Source of the DNA: Welwitschia mirabilis
Taxonomy: Eukaryota
Length of the DNA: 64,000 nucleotides
Assembly: GCA_051453625.1 (NCBI GenBank)
Contig: JBOZIK010000001.1
Location: 20,554,059 to 20,618,058, forward strand
Direction: 5' to 3'
The translations under genes were made by a program, and so were the position numbers. This document shows, piece by piece, positions 27,001 through 38,500 of this stretch. The first letter of the stretch is position 1. Every line of letters begins with the position of its first letter. The notes under the pieces were generated by a model. The model saw only the letters and a list, made by a program, of their open reading frames with translations. It was not told where the DNA came from and searched no databases.

Positions 27001-28317
27001 TGATGTAAGAATTCAAGTAAGCTCTACTCATGATAATCTAAGGAACAACAAGATTAGGAAAATCTTTTCTTATTCATGCTATAAGAAATGAATTTAAGAA
27101 GATTTGTCCAAACAACATAGGTATTATTATGATGCTAGCACTCACTAGAGTTGTAGCATACAACATCACAGCTATAACAATACATTCAACATTGGGTATT
27201 AAGATCGGTGACTATGAGCTTACCTGAGTTGTAGCATACAACATCACAGCTATAACAATACATTCAACATTAGGTATTAAGATCAGTGGCTATGAGCTTG
27301 CCTCATTAAGATTGCTGCTACATCTTTAAGAATGGCTAAAAATGTCAAGTACATCATTTTTGATGAAATGATTTTGATAAGTAGTAAGATATTACTTAAT
27401 ATTGACAAAAGGCTTAAAGAGATATTTCTAACTCATCGACGCATGAGTTTTAATGGAAGGTCTTCCATATAAATAGGTGGTCTTGCTCAGCTATCTTTGG
27501 TGAAGGATTGTCCACCGTTTTATATTAGTAAGGAAATGAAAGCACTATGGAGAACATTTAATACAGTTATTGTATTAGATGCAATCTATAGATAAGAGGG
27601 TAACGATCCAAATCAGCAAAGGTTTTGAAATATATTGATGAATATAAGAGATGGTAAAGCTTTAGATGCTAAATATGATATTCTAATGACAAGATCTGAA
27701 CTTCCTTCCACATCCAATGAAATGAATGGTTTTCAAGATTCAGTTCATCTATTTGCTATGAATGATACAGTTTCCTCTCATAATAAAAAGTTCTTGCTTC
27801 AAATGTAACCAACCATTACACAATGTGTAGCAGATAGGACATGAGATTTAATTAGATATAATGATGTTGATGGTGAATTAGAAACATAGCTTTTTGTTTG
27901 TCAAGGATCTAGGGTCATGTTAACTATGAACATATGACTTGAAGCTGGATTAGTAAATGAGTCTACAGGTGTTGTTAAATCAATAGTTTACCGGTTAGAA
28001 AAGAATCTAAGTAATCTTCCAACCTATGTCATGGTTGACTTTGATATCTACATTAGAATTCCTTTTAATGAATCAAGTTAAAAACAATTTCCAACAATAC
28101 ATAAATGTTGGGGGATAACCCTCAATAAATCATTCATAGACATTAGTCCCAAGGAAATGCCAGGATTGACTTTTGTGGCCCTTTCTCAAGTGAATTCCAT
28201 GGAATCATTGAAGATATTACATCCCTTCTCTAAACAAGATACAAAAAATTATCCAAAGGTTTTAACTTAGAGATGTGGATTAAGGAAGAGCAACATTTAG
28301 CAAGCCTAGAAGTCTAG
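24023..28317 (+). pseudogene. Helitron RepHel pseudogene: HUH Rep domain plus PIF1-family helicase
   Basis: Rep: FPSLFRIGKYD, HLLRYKDGRF, LGTPIIFLTLGAIDLYWPDL (motif 1), RFEWQHRGSPHV (motif 2, ~24697), W.ENIDFQ...YIAKYASKSE (motif 3, ~25363), METCHVLQGIPL. Helicase: GTTRLGKSFLI, LALTRVVAYNI...TIHS, IIFDEM, GGLAQL, RVMLTMN...GLVNESTG, TIHKCWGITL, FVALSQV. Stop at 28315-28317. Confidence 0.9.
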
Positions 28318-29295
28318 AATACATTGTCTTTGTAATAATTCGCGAATTCATGTATGGTGTACATTTGTATCAAGTGATATAATTATTATTTATTTCTAGT
28401 AATTAAATATTACTAATTTATTTACGCTACATGCCTATATTGTTCTTGGTTACCTTCATTGTAATACTTAAATGCCTATATTATTCTTTATTAGCTTCAT
28501 TGTAATAAAGTGAAACTTGACTTTTCAATAAATTTTATGAGCACTTCCTTTCCTACATTAATATCTTTTTCTTGTTTATGCATTTTTATGTTTAAATATA
28601 GAAAAGAGATATCATTAGATACTTAAATCATTACCAATTGTTTTCTGCATTAAGATTATGTGTTTAAATAGCATTTTTAATAAAAATGATTAAAATAATG
28701 ATTAACGCATTTCCATAAGGGCTTACTAATTAAAGCAACAATGACTAATGAAATGGATTCCATAAGAGACTTAATAGTTAATGTAGATATCAATCTACAA
28801 GGGTAAAAACATTATTCTAAACACATTTTGCCTACACATTGGTGTGGACTATAACCACATTTCATTATTTAGTTAATGTTAGTTGAGAATAAGACATTGA
28901 CTTTTGGTGAATGATCAACATTGACCAAATAATGAAAGTCAACATATAAGTGAAATATATTTAGATTAATACTTGACCAAATTATAGATATATTTCATTC
29001 AAACGTTCAATTTATAACAATAAAAGTAAAAATTTTAATTATGTCATACAAACGTTCAATTTTAACCTCTTAAAACGAAAAACAAGTATTCTTCTATTGG
29101 ACTATCGCATTGCTATACAATAACTTTTAGCACGTTGAACGCAAAATAAAGCGTTTCCCGCAAATACAAATCAAAATCCACTGGTGCTGTAATCTGCGGA
29201 CAGTGATGGTCGATCGTTCGTTCGCTTAGCACTCGCGAACGAGGAGAACAAGATAAACAGTCCCTGGGAGACTGTACACAACATAAGCTGGGAAT

Positions 29296-29550
29296 ATGCT
29301 GAGAGTCGGGACGATGTATCCCCGTTCCATGAACCTTCTTGACTGTCCACGGATGCCTCCGTCATCTGCATTTGCATCGTTTTCTTCAGGCATTTCTCTC
29401 GCAAAAGCTTTTCATCTGGGAAACTCTAAATGCAATTACGGTGCCGGGCGTGTCTTAAGTACAGATTGCTCACGGTATCGTTGGAACTCTAAGCATTGCA
29501 TTCACCTTAAAGCGTCTCCCGTGGATAGCGAACATGGAGATTCAAGCAAG
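29296..29550 (+). CDS. Aspartyl aminopeptidase exon 1 (putative plastid transit peptide, 85 codons)
   Basis: ATG 29296; Ser/Arg-rich and acid-poor over most of its length; donor AAG|GTATCG at 29551. The true start could be one of the in-frame Met 1/7/12/20. Confidence 0.8.
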
Positions 29551-32500
29551 GTATCGTATAATTTTGCAGTTGGATTTGTCTTTTTTGCTGTTTAACTGTT
29601 TTTGCAGAGTGATAAAAACGTGCGATGAAAGCTTAATTGTCTAATTCCGTTGCCGCCTTTTATGTTTTATGTTCAGGCCACTTTAACTGGAGCTGATTCC
29701 ACCTCAATGGTTGACAATTTTATCCAATTCCTAAACGACTCTTGGACGCAGTTTCATGCCACAGGTTTGCCGCTTGTGGTCGTTTACAGAATTAAATCTC
29801 AGAAAGAATGGTCTTTTTCGTTTGCTTGCATATTACACACTGGCGATGGCATAATATATTCTTAAAAAGCACAGCGTTAACTTAGAATACCAAAATTCTC
29901 ACCAAGGATGGAGAACTGTAACTCTCAACGGTTGAGAACAACCAAGGAATTATGAGAGCATCAGTTTACATCAATCTAATAGGGACAAGTAGCTTTTGGA
30001 GCTATCCTGAGATAAACATTGTTTATGGAAACGACGTTAAAAAGTTATTGGGTAAATGTTAAGAGTATAGTTGTGTTTGTTCAAGATATAAGGCTACATA
30101 CCTATACAACTATCCTACAGAACCCGACTTATCTTTATCTCACAGTAATTTGTAAATATAAAATTTTTAATTCTTTTAATGTTTATTTTGAACTTACATT
30201 CGCTTTCTGACCACGTGCTTATGGTACAAGAGCTCAAGAGTTAAACGAATCAATGGAATAGTGTTCTTGTTACTAGTTTAATAAGTTTGACGGACATTCC
30301 TTTTTACAATTTCTCAAAAACATTATGATGGCCACTTGTAGAACAATAGGTACTGTTAACTTCAGCTCCACTGGTAATTCTACTAGATGACTTATGGAAC
30401 TGTACATGCTGAACTTAATTGAGATGAAAACTGCAATGGACAATGAAGACACAATTCATGTACCACACAAATTTGACCCTCCTCCTAAAGACATTAAAGG
30501 AAACAAAAGATTCTCTATTTTGGTTGAACGGAAATGCTAGAGGATGCAGGGAATCTCTTGTTATGAAATGACATGATTTCTCTGTATTTTCAAACTTGAT
30601 TGTTGCAGAAAGCGGTGGATATACATAAAAACAGTGTTGGGATTTGGGATGCATTTTAGTTGTCTTAACTTACGTTAATCATTTTTGATTGATTATTTCA
30701 ATTTTTTTTTCTTTTGTTTGTGTTGAAAACAAGTTTGAACCCAAGATCATTTCAAAATTTATTTTTTTTTTGTTTGTGTTGAAAACAAGTTTGAACCCAA
30801 GATCACCTAAATAAAAAGCAAGTGTCCTACCAATTACAGCACCACCCCATTTGGCAATGTCAACACTTAAAATTTAATCATTTTATACTACATTTAGTTT
30901 TTTAACCTCGAATTACTAAATTGATGGTTTAATAAAATTTTTAAATACCATGTTTTATAGTATATAAAAATTTACATAATGTTATGGTATCTATACAATA
31001 TGCTCTTTGTAAATGCCAAATATAGCCTTTGGCCAAAAAGTAGTCAAATTGGTGGGACACTCATCTTCCATCTAAGAGGTCATGGGTTGAGAACTTTGGA
31101 CGTAGGCATCCTACTTGGCACAATGTGAGGCCTTGGGTAGTTGGGTGTAATTCAAACATTTGTTTGCTTCTGCTTTTGCAAGAATTATAGTCATTAAATG
31201 TGTCAAGTTTGACATACCTGAACATGGCCTTTTGTAGTCTAGTTTCCCCCTTTGGCCTCTTAGCTTCCCTAATTCATTTTTGAACTTCCTCTATGTGGCC
31301 AATTGTGAAGTTTTACTGCATCTCATTAATTCTCACAAGTTTTTGTTTATTGAGAGAGATTTTGAGTTTGAGATTTTTAGGCTATAGGCGTACATCCTAC
31401 AAATTTAAACCAATTTACAATGAAGGCAGGGAGAAATTTTAAGAACTTTGCGTTTATCAATATCATTGAATTGCTAATAAACTATTTTCATAATTTTTTA
31501 ATTGTCTATGCACCTCTGTTCTTTTGAATACAACTATTAAAAAATAATACTTTATTTGAAATTCTAGGCTTGCTTGGTGACATAGATAGCTCTAACTTTT
31601 ACCTATAATACACAAAATAGGTATATTATCTTGGATCCATTAAATATGAAATTACCACGGCTGTGTAGAATGAGCCCATGACCTAGGAAGTGAATTTCTT
31701 AACATTCTAGGGTCCAAAGCACATCAAACGTCTTCTTTTCTCTCCCCACTCTCCATTGTAAAATGGAGTTCTTTTCTTTTTTGTTTTTCTTTTAAGTTAA
31801 AATTTGGTCTTGTGGTGGTTGATACATTGCTAATAATAGGGGTGTTAGCTCTTCAAAATGAAAGTTGTGTTAGATGTGAACTAGTCTTGCATCCAATTTA
31901 TTCTTTTGACTCCCAAGCAATTGCTTTTGCCAAAAGATTTTTAGAAAGTAGAAGGCTTTTTCTTAAAAAGACTTATAACTTTGATGGCTAGAAGAAAAAG
32001 GAAGGCAAGATCAACTTAGCATGAGAAAGGCTTGGTCACCTCACTCCTTTACCATAAGAAGACCAGCCAAGAATGAAGGATTAAAAAAAAAAAAAAGGAA
32101 TATGGAAATAATAATATTACATCTCGAAATATAATAACTTTTTGAATTTTTAGGCTTTTCCTTCCATTCATGGACATTTAAATTGCAAGTTGATTGGACA
32201 TGGAATTCTTTTATTCTAAAGAATCTTAAAGTATGCTCTTTCCAAAGTTGTCATAACACATGAGGAAATAAATGACGAAAAACTATGTTCACCTTTTATC
32301 CACTATTAGACCAATACCATTATTTAGCTAGATATTTAACATGATTTGGGTGAAGTATATTTTGCTTTTTCATTAAAAAAATAAAATTCCAAATTTTTCT
32401 CTCCACAAACAATGCTGAAAAGAATGTCTAGAGGATTACTTCTCATTTTTGTAAAAGTAAAATTGATTTATAATTGTCTAAGCATGTGTTTTAACATTCT

Positions 32501-35500
32501 CCAAAAAAGGCAATTTATCTGCTTATGCTAGAAAGACAAAAAAATTGTAGTTTCGGGCTAATTACAATTTTGTCCCCATCTAATTGGTTCCATGCTAGTG
32601 GGTAACTCTAAAGAGTATTATGAGCTTTGAAGATTTAATTTACCCTGTACTTGCCATTTCTAATTTCTATGGATATCTAAATGCATATAATTCTTTAGCC
32701 CATCTCTTAATCTTTGCAAACTATTCCAAATTGTGGAGCCACCAATAATATGTAGATCTTCAAAGAAACTTTCAAAATGATTTAAATACTTGACCTTTAA
32801 TATCTAAATCCCTTTTCATTCTTTGAATACAAACATCATGCTATTTTAGTCAAGAGGGAAAAATTTAACTCATGAGGCTTTTTTAAACCAAAATAACCTT
32901 CATCCTATAATCTATACAAGGAATCCCAATTTTCAAATGGATATGCTTTTCACCATTAATACTTTCTCATATAAAATTTCTTCCCAACTTTCCATGTGCT
33001 TAACAACTTCTTTCAAAGTTCAAAGACATAAAATACATTGGTAAGAAATGAAGACAATTTTGAATGAGCTAAGCTCTCCCTACTAAAGAAACCAATTTAC
33101 TTTTCCATCCTCCTAATCTTTTTCATCTTATGGAGAACTTAGTTCCATAATTCTTTTTTTACTCTCCCTATAAAAGGACAAATATCTAAATATTTCTAGG
33201 TAAGTGATTGGTTGCATAATTTAGAACTCTTTGCCTTTTATAAAATTTGTTTTTCATCCATGTTCAGAATGTAAGCCGTACTTTTTTGAGATTAATACAT
33301 AATAAAAGTTTCAAAAGAAAGTTGCAAACATATTCTAAACACAATCGAAATGCTTTGTTTTGCCTCTACAAACTATAAAAGTATTTGTTACATCTCTTGT
33401 AGTGGATGTCATAATAGGTACCTAGACGTTATTAGAGAAGTTGGCTACCAAGTAACTTTGTTGTACGCCCTTACTTGCATGATAATTTTCCCTTGGTTAA
33501 TATTGAATCTATCAAAATTCATTGCCACAAGGAATATTTCTAAGGATGGCGGCTTCTAGTTGCAATTGAATTGCAAGTTTGTTACTACATAGGGCCTAGT
33601 CGTATGGCAGTTAACACACCAAAACCCCAAAACTTCCAAATATTAGGATAAGATAGACTAGGACAATTAGTTATTCTTGAGCATTATAATTAATTCCCTT
33701 TCTACCTTAATTAACCTATTTCACCCTTTGGGAAACAACGTGACCCTTCGAGTTGGTAGGTATTTAACCCTTCAATAAGAATGATGACATTAATGAGTTA
33801 CCAATAAGTAGGATGAGTGGGAACCAAGTGGAGGGAGAAGAACATCCTTGTAGTCCTCACAAGCAGTGCTTCAAATGGCGGCAAATTTAAATGTCAATAG
33901 CCTCAAAAAGTTATCAGGGACACACACCATCATGGAGTTTGTAAAATGTCAGTAATTGCTTTTTTCAGGGGAAAAAGTGGATATAATACTTTTATGAGGC
34001 ACCTAAGCAATCCAAGCTAGAGAATATTAAAATTAAGTGACTTGACAAGCATGCCAAAAAAATCTATAGTTTTGTTAATTAATTTCATAAACAGATTAAT
34101 AAGTTTATCTAGAAGGCTAAAATAAAATTATACAAATATTATATGTATCCAAAAATCGACTTCTAATTCAAAAATGGCATACTATGTTGTTTTAGAAATT
34201 ACATATAATAGAAATAGATGGTAGAGCATGCAATATACAAGCATATAACGACACAACATGTTCATTGTATGCAACTAGCCTTAGTTGCCAGCATTCTAGC
34301 TCTACAACATTGCTATGCTTTGTCCTTCTTTTGGAAGATTTTGGATTCAAAAATGACACAAATCAAAAGAATAATGGCATAAGGCTTTGGACATGAATGG
34401 AAGACGAGAACTTACTACGAAAGAGATAAGTTAATGCTAGAAAAAAGTGAGTGCTCAAACCGGTTTTCTAAATTTCAATTTTTGTTTTTCACCTTGCCTA
34501 TAAATATGACTTGTGAAAATGTTAGCAAAATGTCACCGACTTTTCAAAATGTTGGCTGACTTAAAGACATTTTTAGATTGAACGTAGCCCGTTTTTGGCA
34601 ACGTGTTGTCCATTTTAAATATATGCTTACAAGCCGAACCGTGTAGAAAAAAAATCCTACATGTCAAGTGTTCATTGGGATGGTATCCCATTTGGGTTGT
34701 GACTGTTTCTAGTGTTGGGGGGTACCATTGCAGCCTTTAGTTGTGTTTTTCAACATTTACATGTTGTAACTACCTAACCATATTTGGTACATTACAAATT
34801 GGTATCATAGCTTTTTCTTTTTTTCGGTTGGCAAATTGCTAGTTGGCATATGTGAACCAAAGGGCCATTCATGGTACTAGTACAAAACCGTTATAGTAAG
34901 TGGGAGTGCGAATGAATTGCTTGAGTCTATAGCTATCCAACACAACTATCCAACACAACCATTCCAAATGACCTAAGACAGTGAAGTTGCTGACAATGAT
35001 GGAGCATTATTGTATGTCCACCCCTTGTTACTAACAAACTTGCAAATGAAAGATGGCAAGAAGGAATGTTATTGAGTAATGCAAGGCAACCCTTGACAGG
35101 CTTGATAAATTGTAGGTGGATTAGGACCTCAACATGCATGAAATAGAAGCAAAACTGTAAGGATTGCAAGACCACTTGTGAAACCTGGTGACCATACTGT
35201 AAAAGCTTTTCTTGACTATCCAAAACACCATGTCCAATGTGGGAAATCACACGTCCCATTCCCGAAGTCAAACCCCTCTGTAGGGCAATGACCGAAATGA
35301 GTTATCCTCGTTCATGTCGAATCACCTAAAGTACCATTTGCAGCTCTTCCTAGGAAGGCCTAGTCATACAACCTAACCATACTACATAAGACCTAATAGG
35401 ATCAACGTTGGGGGTGAGGAAGGTTTATCTAAAAATTAAATGAAATGGAAATATTGAAAACAACAATTAAAATTCTTTGTACAAATGAATTAAAACACTA

Positions 35501-38500
35501 AATGCAATGTAAAGAAAATATCAATCACATCCACACTAAAAGTGTTTAACATGGTTAAAACCTTACTCTACTCTTCAATATTAAGTTGATTGGAATTGGG
35601 TTGGATTCAATTGCAAGAAAGATGGTTTTTAAGATCTACCAACAAAGTTTTACATAGATAGATTTTGAGATCAAATCCCCAAATGCTAGGTTAACATAAA
35701 TGATCAAAAGAATAATGTGCCTATATGTATTGATTCATTCCTAGTTGAATTTAGAATGCTTCTAGTAAGTTTGAATGACAGATTAAAATTAGAGCATGGA
35801 TTTACACTTTGAGAGCAAAAGCTAGTTCTTGGAGATGACAATTTTTCAAAATCAGTGTGATTGATCAAAAGTAGGAGAAGAATTGTGCTAATCCAATAAA
35901 TAGAAGTTGAGGCAACATTCCTATTTTAGAACTAGGGCTTGAAGATTTGTTCACTTCCAATCAGTAGACTTGGACTAGGTCCTTAACCATTTTGTGCAAC
36001 AGTTTAAAAAAATTGATTGTTGGATCATATCCGGTCACCAACATGAAAAAATCAGGTTGCATGCAAGGAGATCTATTTTAATACATGAACGAGCTGGGTC
36101 GTTTGCATTTGAGCATTAGTCAACTCGATAAAGTAGGATTTGTCCAATCAGTTATTCACCCCAATGTCAAGCTTGGTCAACCCCATACAAGTGAGAATCT
36201 GATAGTTTGTGATAAATATGCTGTTACCTTGATAGGCACTCTAATCGACTTGATGAAGATCTGAGATGGAAAAAAAATATTTTTCCAGCACTATCCTAAA
36301 ACCAAGGTTAGATAACTTGGTTGTCAAAAATTTCAAGATCATTTAATGTTGATATATGAAGCCAAATTTGTTATTTCTATGTTCTAATGTTATTTTTTAA
36401 CATTGACCCCTCTTTAATGTTGTAAAAGGGAAGTTAAGTTGTTAACTCCCTTGGGGTGGTTTATTGAAAAAGGAGCAAGCAAGGATAAAAAGATAAGATT
36501 GACTTGAAACCCTAACCCCAGGTTTATTTAAACCTACTTGAGGGTTGTATGTGTCTTGACATTTTGCTCCTAAATTATCAATAGAGCTTTGCCTTGCTTC
36601 TCGTGGACGTAGGGTAAAAAGGGCCTAAACCATGTAAACCTTTGTGTTGTTCCTTTGTTTTGTTTGTTGTTCTGTTTGGTTTCAGTGCATTTTGGTTGAT
36701 AAATTTGCAGCAAGTGGTATCAAAGCAAGGTTTAAAGTCCTTTCCTTTTGAATTCTTTTTAAGAGGCCCTTTACAGAGTGAGTAAATGACTTATGGAATG
36801 GAGGAAGCAAGGAGAGTGAAGTATGTGACCGGTAAACTTTTTGGGTTGCAGATTGAAGCTAAAGGGCTTGCTATGTGAGGTGTACATTTCCATATATTTT
36901 TGGCTGTTTTTAAGTTGGCACACTTGTGTTCTATATTTCTACAATGCTAGGGTTTTGAAATGTAGCGTCTACAAACAACAGACAAACTTGTAGGCTTAGA
37001 AAATTGGGGGCTTGGAAAATCTTGATGGAAGACATCCTATAACAAAAGGAATATAAAATCATTTTGAAGACAAAGGCACAAGCAAAGGCAGATTTGAAGA
37101 TGGATGATACTGCTTAGTTGTTTTTCATGCTAGATGTTGAATGAGAGGAATTGAATTCCAATGCTTCATCTTTCAGTTGCGTTGTGTCAATAATAGCATT
37201 TTGAAGGCTTATTCTAGAATTCAGACTGCATAGGAACTCTGACAAAAGTTGAATGACAGGTATGTTTAGCTCTCTATTATAAACAAGTATGTGGTCCTTA
37301 GTCAAACTTTTACTATGAAGATGAAAGAGAGAGCAAAATTTTTGAGTTTTCTAGACAAGATGCACAATATATTCTCACAAATCAATGGTCTTGGGATCAC
37401 ATTTACAGAGGAGATGCACATTATTTCAATCCTAATTTCATTACCTTAGAGCTGATCGAATGTCATAACTCCGATTCTTATGTTTGTTGTTAAGAATAAT
37501 TTGATGCTTGAAGAACTAATTGCAATGCTGTTGGGTATAGAAAGCAAGATTCATTTGGTTCCTCTAGCAGCAAGAAATAAGGAGAAGCTCTAGTAGCAGA
37601 GAGGATGTTTTCAGTATAGGTGAGGACATGGCAGAAGCAAAAGCAAAGCTAGATCCCAAAGCAAGGACATTATTTGTTACTACTGCAAGAAGAAAGGAGA
37701 TATGATAAGAGATATGATAAGAGATTGCTGGAAGCTCAAAGAAGCATAAGCAGAGGGACAAAAAGAAGGAGTATAGTTCCTGTTCTACCCTACTTTCGAA
37801 TGATGAAGTCGATGCTACTTTGTTAACACGGGAAGGAGATGTTAATGTAACATATTCAGTTCATGTAGTTTGAATAATTGATATTGGTGCCTCCTTTCAT
37901 GTTTTTCGTAGTAAAGCATTCATCTCTTCTTATGAATCTATCACAGATGGTTTATGCGTTTAGTTGGGAGATGATTGCAAATATGAGATGAAAGGCAAAG
38001 GAATGATTGCCTTGAGAAGGCAAAATGGCCAGACCATCAATTTGACCAATGTCAAACATGTTCTAGATTTGGCAAAGAATCTGATCTTAGTTAGTTAGCT
38101 ATGTGATAATAGTTTTTTACAACCATGTTTGATAACAGTTCCTAGAAAATGAGCAAAGGAGCATTGGTGATTGCCTAGGGGAGGAGAGAAGATACCATGT
38201 ATGTTTTACATTCTGCTAATCCTGTCAGTCCTGCTCATGTTACTAATGGAAAAGATGCTGCAGGTACTTGGCACAAGCGTCTTGGGCATCTGAGCGGAAC
38301 AGGTCTGTAGGGATGTATTACTAAAGGTTTATTGCTCAATTTTTCTCTCTCATGATTTTTGTTTAGATTATGTGATTGCTAAAAGTGAGAGAATGAATTT
38401 TAAAAGAAATTGTAAGCGTTTAAAACAGGATAGATTAGAATTAATTCATTAGTTGGCCCTATTAGACAGTCCTCACTGCGAGGTGCTATATATGTCATTA

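Larger units (their letters stand above)
9462..28872 (+). mobile_element. Decayed autonomous-type Helitron-like element (Helitron2/Helentron-type Rep), interrupted by a Copia insertion
   Basis: Rep motifs 1-3 and PIF1 helicase motifs are readable. Candidate 5' end TCTATTCTATA at 9462. Candidate 3' end is a decayed hairpin GCCTACAC-ATTG-GTGTGGAC (28830-28849) followed by TTAG|T (28869-28873). Termini are less certain than the coding core. Confidence 0.75.

Noticed and set aside
30019-30560. Possible small LTR/PBS (TGGTACAAGAGC ~30222) and hAT-like 'RFSILV' trace
   Set aside because: Too short and decayed; no partner LTR, TIR or TSD found.
31020-31045. GCCTTTGGCCAAAAAGTAG as an alternative Helitron end that would capture exons 1-2
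   Set aside because: It is better explained as the start of a SINE-like head, and the exons splice in frame to exon 3 of an intact-looking gene.
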